The notes below the pieces were generated by a model. The model made no database searches. It was not told where the DNA came from and saw only the letters and a list, made by a program, of their open reading frames with translations. 64,000 bases of DNA, from NCBI GenBank assembly GCA_002319885.1, contig DCFT01000112.1, positions 2,820 to 66,819 on the forward strand. The letters run 5' to 3'. This DNA comes from Bacteroidales bacterium UBA1797 (GTDB lineage: Bacteria; Bacteroidota; Bacteroidia; Bacteroidales; VadinHA17). This document shows positions 57,057-64,000 of the stretch, piece after piece (positions within the stretch are counted from its first letter, which is position 1; each line of letters begins with the position of its first letter). The position numbers were made by a program, and so were the translations under genes.

Positions 57057-57971
57057 ATGATAAAAGCAATTGAAGCATCGGGCATTTCTAAATCGTTCGG
57101 AGCAACAAAGGCACTCGATAATATTTCTTTTTCAGTTAACGAATCTGAAATATTTGGGTTTATCGGTCCTGATGGCGCCGGAAAAACTACTTTGTTCAGG
57201 ATCATTACATCACTGCTTATACCTGATTCTGGAACCATGAAAGTTTTGGGGATGGACCCCATAACTGAATATAAGGAACTGCGGAAGAATATAGGATATA
57301 TGCCGGGAAGATTCAGTCTTTACCAGGATCTCTCAGTAGAAGAAAACCTGAATTTTTATGCAACTGTTTTCGGTACGACTGTTGAGGAAAATTATGAGCT
57401 TATTTCCGATATCTACTCACATATTGAACCATTCAAAAAAAGGCTGACCGGTAAACTTTCAGGAGGAATGAAACAAAAACTGGCCCTCTCCTGTGCATTA
57501 ATACACAAGCCAAAACTTCTGGTTCTCGATGAACCGACAACAGGTGTGGATGCCGTTTCAAGATCTGAGTTCTGGGATATGCTGGGCAAATTGAAAAAAC
57601 ATAACATAACTATAATTGTATCTACACCATATATGGATGAAGCCATCCGATGCAACAGGGTGGCTCTGATACAGGATGGAAACATCCTTTCAGTTGATAC
57701 TCCTCAAAATGTCAGGACAGGTTTCAGCAGAAAGCTTTTTACCGTAAAATCAGCTGAAAAATACAAACTTATTAAAACACTGAGAAAAAATCCGGAGGTT
57801 CTGACAGCGTATCCCTTTGGAGATTCTATGCATGTAACCTTAATTGATGGATCAACTCCTGACTCTCTTTCAAAGGGACTGGTTCGGGAAGGGATAAATG
57901 ATGCGGTTGTCCATGAAGCTGAAGCAGGAATCGAAGACCGGTTTCTCGAATTGATGGAAAAGCCACAGTAG
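57057..57971 (+). CDS. ABC transporter ATP-binding protein (ABC-2/YbhF-like, first of two)
   Basis: 304-aa ORF with Walker A GPDGAGKTT, signature LSGGMKQKLALSCA and Walker B LVLDEPTTGVD. Confidence 0.9.
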   Translation: MIKAIEASGISKSFGATKALDNISFSVNESEIFGFIGPDGAGKTTLFRIITSLLIPDSGTMKVLGMDPITEYKELRKNIGYMPGRFSLYQDLSVEENLNFYATVFGTTVEENYELISDIYSHIEPFKKRLTGKLSGGMKQKLALSCALIHKPKLLVLDEPTTGVDAVSRSEFWDMLGKLKKHNITIIVSTPYMDEAIRCNRVALIQDGNILSVDTPQNVRTGFSRKLFTVKSAEKYKLIKTLRKNPEVLTAYPFGDSMHVTLIDGSTPDSLSKGLVREGINDAVVHEAEAGIEDRFLELMEKPQ

Positions 57972-58053
57972 CATTTTTTACTTGGAAATTTGACAGCGGA
58001 ATAAGATTTTATTGACAGGTTAAAAAACAACAAATTAATACAAGGGCGAAGAG

Positions 58054-58779
58054 ATGAACAAAAAGGTTATCTATGTTAAGAACCTGGTAAAAAAATTCGA
58101 CAGCTTTGTTGCTAACGATAATCTCAGCTTTGAGGTCTCGGAGGGTGAAATTTTTGGTTTTCTGGGGGCTAATGGTGCAGGCAAAACAACAACGATACGT
58201 ATTCTCTCCGGGCTATCTAAACCTACGTCAGGAGAAGTTAAGGTTGCTGGGTTTGACGCTTATACTCAAGCCGAACAAATAAAAAAGAATATCGGCTATA
58301 TGTGTCAGAAATTTTCACTATACGAAGATCTGACAGTAAAAGAAAACATAGTCCTTTATGGCGGAATTTATGGAATGAAGAAATCTCTGATTAAAGAAAG
58401 ACTTTCTGACCTTCTTGAAAAACTGCATTTCCAGGAATATGAAAACAGAATGATATCTGACCTTCCTCTCGGACTAAGACAAAAACTTGCCTTCTCTGTG
58501 GCAGTACTGCACGAACCAAAGATTGTATTTCTTGATGAACCCACAGGAGGCGTCGATCCAATTACCAGGCGGCAGTTCTGGGAGACAATATACGAAACAG
58601 CCTCAAGAGGAATCACAATATTCGTTACCACGCATTACATGGATGAGGCAGAATATTGTGACAGGATATCAATAATGAATGAAGGAAAAATTGTTGCACT
58701 GGATACCCCCGAAATGCTTAAGAAGCAATATAATGTTTCTTCTGTTGAGGAGGTGTTTATTAAAATAGCCAGACCATGA
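58054..58779 (+). CDS. ABC transporter ATP-binding protein (ABC-2/YbhF-like, second of two)
   Basis: 241-aa ORF with Walker A GANGAGKTT, a degenerate signature LPLGLRQKLAFSVA and Walker B VFLDEPTGGVD. Confidence 0.9.
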   Translation: MNKKVIYVKNLVKKFDSFVANDNLSFEVSEGEIFGFLGANGAGKTTTIRILSGLSKPTSGEVKVAGFDAYTQAEQIKKNIGYMCQKFSLYEDLTVKENIVLYGGIYGMKKSLIKERLSDLLEKLHFQEYENRMISDLPLGLRQKLAFSVAVLHEPKIVFLDEPTGGVDPITRRQFWETIYETASRGITIFVTTHYMDEAEYCDRISIMNEGKIVALDTPEMLKKQYNVSSVEEVFIKIARP

Positions 58780-59885
58780 AACGATTCCTCGGTTTTGTAA
58801 AAAAAGAATTCCTGCATATTTTCAGGGATTACCGGACACTATTTATCCTTTTTGGTATTCCTGCTGCCCAGATACTAATTTTTGGTTATGCTGTCAGCAC
58901 CGATATAAGAAATGCCGGTGTCGCAGTACTCGATTTATCACACGATGAAGTAACCACGAAACTGACCGACAAAATTATGAGCTCGGGTTTTTTCAAAAGA
59001 ACTGAGACATTGCTGAATTACAACGATATAGACAAAGTATTTAAAAAGGGTAAAACAAAAGCTGTAATAGTTTTTGAAGAAGGTTTTGGCAAGAAACTTA
59101 TAAACGAGGGTAAAGCCTCTTTAAGCATTATTGCTGACGGTTCAGAGCCTAACACGGCAACACTTATCACAAATTATACAACTGCAATAGTGAACGATTT
59201 TACAACAGATTTAGCCGGACCTTCAAGAAATAACTCATTACGGATAAGCCCTGAAGTAAAAATGTTCTATAACCCCGGACTTAAAAGCCATTACATGTTT
59301 GTTCCGGGTGTGGTAACTCTGATACTTATACTGATCTGTGCTCTTATGACATCTGTTACTATAACACGTGAAAAAGAATTTGGGACAATGGAGGTCCTCC
59401 TTGTCTCTCCCCTTCGTCCAATACAGATAATTCTTGGGAAAGTGACTCCTTATTTTATCCTCTCTTTTATCAATGTGCTTCTCATTCTCGGGTTATCATG
59501 GCTGGTTTTCGGACTGCCTGTAAAAGGAAGTATTATTCTTCTTTTGGCTGAATGCATGCTTTATATATTAATGAGTCTAAGTCTTGGAATACTTATCTCA
59601 ACGGTATCGGACAATATGCAACAGGCCATATTCATCTCCCTTATAGGACTAATGTTGCCGACAGTACTACTCTCCGGATTTATTTTCCCGATTGAAAACA
59701 TGCCAAAAATTTATGATTATGTAAGTTCAATTCTTCCACCAAGATATTTTATTGTAATAATTAAAAACATAATGATAAAAGGGACAGGTATCATGTATAT
59801 TTGGAAAGAGACACTTATCCTGATTATCATGACATTAGTCTTTATAGGATTGAGTGTCAGGAAGTTTAAGATCAGACTGGAATAA
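58776..59885 (+). CDS. ABC-2-type transporter permease (YbhS/YbhR-like)
   Basis: 369-aa ORF. It has an N-terminal TM segment, a large periplasmic loop and five C-terminal TM segments. A 4-nt overlap joins it to the ATPase gene. Confidence 0.85.
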   Translation: MKRFLGFVKKEFLHIFRDYRTLFILFGIPAAQILIFGYAVSTDIRNAGVAVLDLSHDEVTTKLTDKIMSSGFFKRTETLLNYNDIDKVFKKGKTKAVIVFEEGFGKKLINEGKASLSIIADGSEPNTATLITNYTTAIVNDFTTDLAGPSRNNSLRISPEVKMFYNPGLKSHYMFVPGVVTLILILICALMTSVTITREKEFGTMEVLLVSPLRPIQIILGKVTPYFILSFINVLLILGLSWLVFGLPVKGSIILLLAECMLYILMSLSLGILISTVSDNMQQAIFISLIGLMLPTVLLSGFIFPIENMPKIYDYVSSILPPRYFIVIIKNIMIKGTGIMYIWKETLILIIMTLVFIGLSVRKFKIRLE

Positions 59886-59942
59886 AAGCGGGTAACGAAG
59901 CACAAAGTAAGACAAAGGATAAAAATTAATCAGCCTTCAGTG

Positions 59943-59964
59943 AGTCGTGAATCGTTAGTCGTGA
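59943..59964. repeat. Direct repeat of AGTCGTGA (14-nt spacing) inside the inter-permease gap
   Basis: agtcgtga occurs at 59943-59950 and 59957-59964, within cagtgagtcgtgaatcgttagtcgtgagtcatt. A CACAAAG-like stretch (cacaaagtaagacaaagg, 59901-59918) precedes it. Confidence 0.45.
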
Positions 59965-60024
59965 GTCATTATATCTATTAATCGTATGTATTAATTTTTA
60001 ATTGAATAAGAAAAAAACTATTGA

Positions 60025-61143
60025 ATGAGAACGATATTCTACCTGATAAAAAAAGAATTCCTTCAGATTTTCCGGAATAAATTTATTTCGAAAGCCATTT
60101 TTGCTGTCCCTCTGGTGCAGATGCTGATTCTTGTTCCTGCTGTAACATTTGAGTTAAAAAGCGTTAAACTTACTGTTATTGATAAAGATATTACCTCCGA
60201 ATCGAGAGGGTTGATAAACAAACTTAATGGATCTACGTTTTTCAAAGTTTCATCCTCAACCTTTTCAGAAGACGAGGCAATTAATCTTCTTCACAGGAAT
60301 AAATGCACTATGATACTTGAGATACCTGAAGGGTTTGGTAAAGATATAGGAAATGGAACCCCTGGCAGATTACTGGCCACTATTGATGCCGTAAACGCCT
60401 CATCGGCAGAGCTTACCTGGGCTTATTTCAGTGGTGTTATCCGAGATTATAATACGGATCTTATAAAGAAAAACTTATCAACCATTTCACCTATTCCCCT
60501 GCAAAAAATTGTAATTACAAACAGGTACTGGTACAATGAATTGCTTAATTACAAATACTACATGCTCCCCGGTATTCTGGTAATCCTCGTCACAGCGATA
60601 GGATTCCTTCTGGCTGGTCTGAACATGGTAAGAGAAAAAGAAGTTGGGACCATAGAGCAGATAAATGTTACACCTGTCAGAAAATATCATTTTATCATAG
60701 CAAAAATGGTACCCTTTCTGCTCATTGGACTAATAGATCTTGCTCTTGGTCTGATCATAGGCAAAATTGCATTTAATATACCATTTGAAGGAAGTATTCT
60801 GCTTTTGTTCCTTAGCAGTACAATATTTCTTATAGCCGTGCTGGGTGTGGCTCTTTTTATATCCACATTCTCAGGAACCCAGCAACAGTATATGTTTGTG
60901 GCATTTTTCTGTATGATTATTTTCATCCTGATGAGCGGTATCTTTACACCCTATGAAAGTATGCCTGTATGGGCACAGGATTTTAACCTCATCAACCCGG
61001 TTGCCTATCTTATGCGTATAAACCGGATGGTCATGCTTAAAGGATCTACAATGCATGACATCAGCAGGGAACTCTATTCTCTGGCGACAATTGCGATAGT
61101 TTTTACAACTCTTGCAGTTAGACGTTACCGGAAAACAGCCTGA
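60025..61143 (+). CDS. ABC-2-type transporter permease (YbhS/YbhR-like), paralog
   Basis: 372-aa ORF with the same topology and shared motifs (REKEVGTIEQINVTPVRKYHFIIAKMVPF versus REKEFGTMEVLLVSPLRPIQIILGKVTPY). Confidence 0.85.
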   Translation: MRTIFYLIKKEFLQIFRNKFISKAIFAVPLVQMLILVPAVTFELKSVKLTVIDKDITSESRGLINKLNGSTFFKVSSSTFSEDEAINLLHRNKCTMILEIPEGFGKDIGNGTPGRLLATIDAVNASSAELTWAYFSGVIRDYNTDLIKKNLSTISPIPLQKIVITNRYWYNELLNYKYYMLPGILVILVTAIGFLLAGLNMVREKEVGTIEQINVTPVRKYHFIIAKMVPFLLIGLIDLALGLIIGKIAFNIPFEGSILLLFLSSTIFLIAVLGVALFISTFSGTQQQYMFVAFFCMIIFILMSGIFTPYESMPVWAQDFNLINPVAYLMRINRMVMLKGSTMHDISRELYSLATIAIVFTTLAVRRYRKTA

Positions 61144-61239
61144 TTTAAACAGTTTTCAGATTATAAAACAGAAAAAGTTTTGTTTAAAAATAAGTTGATG
61201 ATTTAGCCTGACTAATATGAAGTTACCAATGATATTATT

Positions 61240-62106
61240 TCAATTTAAGGAAACGACAGCTTCTACGGGCCAGTGGTCTGAGATAAAGATCCCATGTTCC
61301 TTTTTAACAATGGTTTTATAATCGAGTACCCTTAGCCCGTTTCTTACGAAAATATAGTCTATTCTGGCTGATTTTAATTTGTTAGAAAACCCGTTAAAAG
61401 TACTGACAGGACCAGAAGGTCTTTTTTCGGTTATTACATAGGAATCTTTTAACAAAGGCACACTTTCATCCGGACCCGTCAGGATTGAATAACCGGTACT
61501 GGTAGGCGGCATATTAAAATCTCCTGAAATTATAAATGGATATCCTTCAGCTATCTTATTAACTTCATTAAGAAGAATATGTGAACTCATTAGTCTGGCA
61601 GAGTCAGAATCATGGGCGAAGTGTGTATTGAAAAAGAAAAAGTGTTTATGACTGTCCTTATTAACAAGCTCCATCCATGTAACAATCCTGGGCAGCGAGG
61701 AGCCCCATCCCTTTGAGCCTGCAACATCGGGAGAATCGGAGAGCCAGAAAGTGATGTTTCTGACCATATCAAACTTTTCTTTCCTGAAGAAAACAGGGTT
61801 CATTTCCCCTTCTCTTGACCCATCGTTCCGGCCTACTCCTACCGATGAATAATTAGCAAGGGCAGAATCAAGAATTTGATACTGATGCCATAATACTTCC
61901 TGCAGACCAAGAATATCAGGTCTTTCGCTTTTAATAAAATTACAAACCTGGGTCGCCCTTCTTGGCCAGGCGTTGATACTATCTTCCGGGTTATCATATC
62001 TTATATTCAAAGTCATTACTTTTATTTCGTCCTTCAGGGATTTATGTGAACAGCCGGAAACAACAATAAAAAAGATGAGGATTATACAAAGAAGTAGTTT
62101 TTTCAT
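61240..62106 (-). CDS. Endonuclease/exonuclease/phosphatase (EEP)-family lipoprotein
   Basis: 288-aa ORF with lipobox VVSGCSH. EEP motifs are VMTLNIRYDN, DILGLQEV, NTHFAHDS, GDFN and SDHWPV. Confidence 0.8.
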   Translation of the reverse strand: MKKLLLCIILIFFIVVSGCSHKSLKDEIKVMTLNIRYDNPEDSINAWPRRATQVCNFIKSERPDILGLQEVLWHQYQILDSALANYSSVGVGRNDGSREGEMNPVFFRKEKFDMVRNITFWLSDSPDVAGSKGWGSSLPRIVTWMELVNKDSHKHFFFFNTHFAHDSDSARLMSSHILLNEVNKIAEGYPFIISGDFNMPPTSTGYSILTGPDESVPLLKDSYVITEKRPSGPVSTFNGFSNKLKSARIDYIFVRNGLRVLDYKTIVKKEHGIFISDHWPVEAVVSLN

Positions 62107-62210
62107 TTCCCAGAATTTTTATCAAAGATAATAATCTGAACTCTAATAACCATTATCGTTTTCATATGCTTCTCCTTGTGTGTTGTGAAAGGTTATGCAC
62201 CAATTATTTA

Positions 62211-62218
62211 TATATTTG
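62211..62218 (+). promoter_or_regulatory. Candidate -7 promoter box TATATTTG upstream of mutL
   Basis: The plus strand reads tatatttgca, about 90 nt upstream of the mutL ATG. Confidence 0.3.
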
Positions 62219-62307
62219 CAGGATTGATCCATAAGGGATGCACAATTCATTTTATGAACTTGTGTACAAATCAGATGTTAACTATATCTACAGTAATATT
62301 TTAATTG

Positions 62308-64000
62308 ATGCCCGATATTATTAAGCTTTTACCCGACTCGGTAGCTAACCAGATCGCTGCAGGCGAAGTAATACAAAGGCCTGCATCTGTCGTAAAGGAG
62401 CTTGTCGAAAACTCAGTCGATGCCGGATCAAAAAATATCAGGGTCATAATAAAAGACTCCGGAAAGACATTGATTCAGGTAATTGACGATGGATCGGGCA
62501 TGTCGGAGACAGATGCCAGGCTCTCTTTTGAAAGACATGCCACATCAAAAATTACAACTGCTCAGGATCTCTTCGCAATTACGACAAAAGGATTCAGGGG
62601 AGAAGCACTGGCTTCTATTGCTGCTGTTGCAATGGTTGAGCTTAAGACAAGGCGTGCAGAGAGTGATTCAGGAATAATAGTGGTAGTAAGCGGATCAAAG
62701 GTTGAAATACAGGAACCATGCAGTTGTCCGGAGGGATCAAGCTTTTCTGTTAAAAATCTCTTCTTCAACATTCCTGCCCGCCGGAAATTCCTTAAATCGG
62801 ATAATACTGAAATCAGGCATATAGTTAATGAATTTCAGAAAATCGTACTTGCACACCCTGATATAAGATTCTCTCTTCATCACAATGGCAGTGAAATCTA
62901 CAATCTTTTAGCGGGTAACTTAAGACAGCGCATAATTGGTGTTTTTGGAAAGCAAATAAACCAGGACCTGATTACACTCGAAACCAATACAAGCCTGATA
63001 AATATAAAAGGATTCATTGGGAAACCCGAAAATGCACGGCGGACATACGGTGAACAATTCTTCTTTGTGAATAACCGGTTCATGAAACATCCTTATTTTC
63101 ATAAAGCAGTTGTTGAGGCTTATCAGAATATCCTTCCTGTTGAATCTATCCCCTCTTACTTTATTTTCCTTGAAGCGGATCCGGCTTCAATTGACATTAA
63201 TATTCATCCCACAAAAACCGAGATTAAATTTGAAGATGAAAGATCGATTTGGCAGATACTAATGGCTTCAGTACGGGAGGCGCTAGGCAGGTTTAATATT
63301 GTCCCTTCACTCGATTTTGAGAATGAAGTGCTCATCGATATCCCGGTAATGAGGTCATCAAATATCATACCGGACCAGCCTGAGATTGAGATCAATAAAC
63401 AATTTAATCCATTTGACGGCGAGGAGAGATCAAATGAAAGATCCGGATTTGTTGAACGGTTTGAAAGGGAGAATACCTCTAATTGGGAAAAACTCTACAC
63501 AGCTCTTGAAAAAGAGAATGATAATCCGGAGCAATTTGAAAGAATAAAGGAGTCGCAAAGAAAATTTTTCCAGATAAAAAACAAATATTTTGTGTGTCCT
63601 GTCAAATCGGGCCTGATGATTATTGACCAGAAGAGAGCACATGAAAGAATCCTTTATGAAAGATATCTTGAATGTCTCAGTAATGACAGGGCAATAAGCC
63701 AGATCGATATGTTTCCTGTAACAGCAGAATTAAATCCCGCTGATTATTTTATACTGAAAGAAATTGAAGGAGATCTGAAATTACTGGGGTTCAGTATAGA
63801 GCATTCAGGTAAAAATAAAATCACTATCAATGGACGACCGGCAGACAATGATTCTGCTGATCCTCTTGAAATGCTGGAGATTTTGCTCGAGGATTATAAA
63901 AATACACAGACTGAACCAACTATCGGGGAGAAAGAGAAGGTAGCAGCGGGAATGGCTTATGCATCGGCAATCCAGTATGGGAAAGTGCTTAGTCAGGGCG
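62308..64000 (+). CDS. mutL: DNA mismatch repair protein MutL (5' part, runs off the right edge)
   Basis: This ORF is not in the supplied track because it is open at the window end. The ATG at 62308 gives MPDIIKLLPDSVANQIAAGEVIQRPASVVKELVENSVDAG..., followed by ...TKGFRGEALASIA... and ...NIHPTKTEIKFEDE... I read the frame as open through 64000. Confidence 0.9.
   Translation, partial: MPDIIKLLPDSVANQIAAGEVIQRPASVVKELVENSVDAGSKNIRVIIKDSGKTLIQVIDDGSGMSETDARLSFERHATSKITTAQDLFAITTKGFRGEALASIAAVAMVELKTRRAESDSGIIVVVSGSKVEIQEPCSCPEGSSFSVKNLFFNIPARRKFLKSDNTEIRHIVNEFQKIVLAHPDIRFSLHHNGSEIYNLLAGNLRQRIIGVFGKQINQDLITLETNTSLINIKGFIGKPENARRTYGEQFFFVNNRFMKHPYFHKAVVEAYQNILPVESIPSYFIFLEADPASIDINIHPTKTEIKFEDERSIWQILMASVREALGRFNIVPSLDFENEVLIDIPVMRSSNIIPDQPEIEINKQFNPFDGEERSNERSGFVERFERENTSNWEKLYTALEKENDNPEQFERIKESQRKFFQIKNKYFVCPVKSGLMIIDQKRAHERILYERYLECLSNDRAISQIDMFPVTAELNPADYFILKEIEGDLKLLGFSIEHSGKNKITINGRPADNDSADPLEMLEILLEDYKNTQTEPTIGEKEKVAAGMAYASAIQYGKVLSQG

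Noticed and set aside
1-64000. Search by eye for CRISPR arrays, tRNA/rRNA genes, intact IS elements, integrases, toxin-antitoxin pairs or known defence-system genes.
   Set aside because: I found none. The only regularly spaced repeats are the short intergenic motifs reported above. The only mobile-element trace is the decayed Y1 transposase fragment.

Overview
This is an AT-rich, densely coding chromosomal segment with Bacteroidota hallmarks: a SusC/SusD pair, many lipoprotein and Tat signals, and TAnnTTTG-type promoter boxes. I found no rRNA, tRNA, CRISPR array or intact mobile element. All family calls come from reading motifs in the translated ORFs by eye, not from searches.

Gene content, left to right:
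- 134-13405: a PUL-like locus with SusC followed by two SusD + FG-GAP/VCBS/ASPIC (CRTAC1-like) lipoprotein modules.
- 14244-16781: a TPR histidine kinase and a NarL-type response regulator.
- 16918-18866: a small outer-membrane barrel, a LytTR response regulator whose phospho-acceptor Asp is Asn, and a convergent DUF1987/SiaC-like gene.
- 20451-23830: an aldo/keto reductase fused to a 4Fe-4S domain, plus several secreted proteins of unknown function.
- 24017-26380: a PadR regulator and an ABCB-type exporter.
- 26453-29112: a Tat-exported Gfo/Idh/MocA oxidoreductase and a xylose-isomerase-like TIM-barrel protein.
- 29327-31029: amtB-glnK.
- 31188-37982: a complete trpEGDCFBA operon preceded by a Trp-rich leader peptide and a strong terminator hairpin (attenuator).
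- 38314-42836: two tandem paralogous secreted proteins, each with two GH2-N-like galactose-binding domains, followed by a histidine kinase and an OmpR-type regulator.
- 42959-49511: a TolC/MacA/MacB-type efflux operon ending in a LytS-type kinase and a LytTR regulator.
- 49812-50576: a PIG-L deacetylase.
- 50588-53408: a PadR-led operon with two unusual membrane proteins.
- 53565-53870: a decayed Y1 (IS200/RAYT-like) transposase remnant.
- 54038-61143: a TetR + TolC + HlyD + two ABC ATPases + two ABC-2 permeases locus (YbhGFSR-like).
- 61240-64000: an EEP-family phosphoesterase and the 5' part of mutL.

Most interesting candidates:
1. The PadR-led operon, whose membrane proteins are built from iterated GldL/PorL-like 'FKxQHWP' hairpins plus a GldM-like anchor and periplasmic domain.
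2. The tandem double galactose-binding-domain proteins linked to a two-component system, with ATGACAATT direct repeats upstream.
3. The Asp-to-Asn LytTR pseudo-receiver next to the SiaC-like gene.
4. The SusC-(SusD-CRTAC1-like)x2 locus, which has no recognisable CAZyme.
5. The trp leader-peptide attenuator.
6. Several families of short intergenic repeats (C-tract/G-tract hairpins, CACAAAG arrays, AGTCGTGA repeats).
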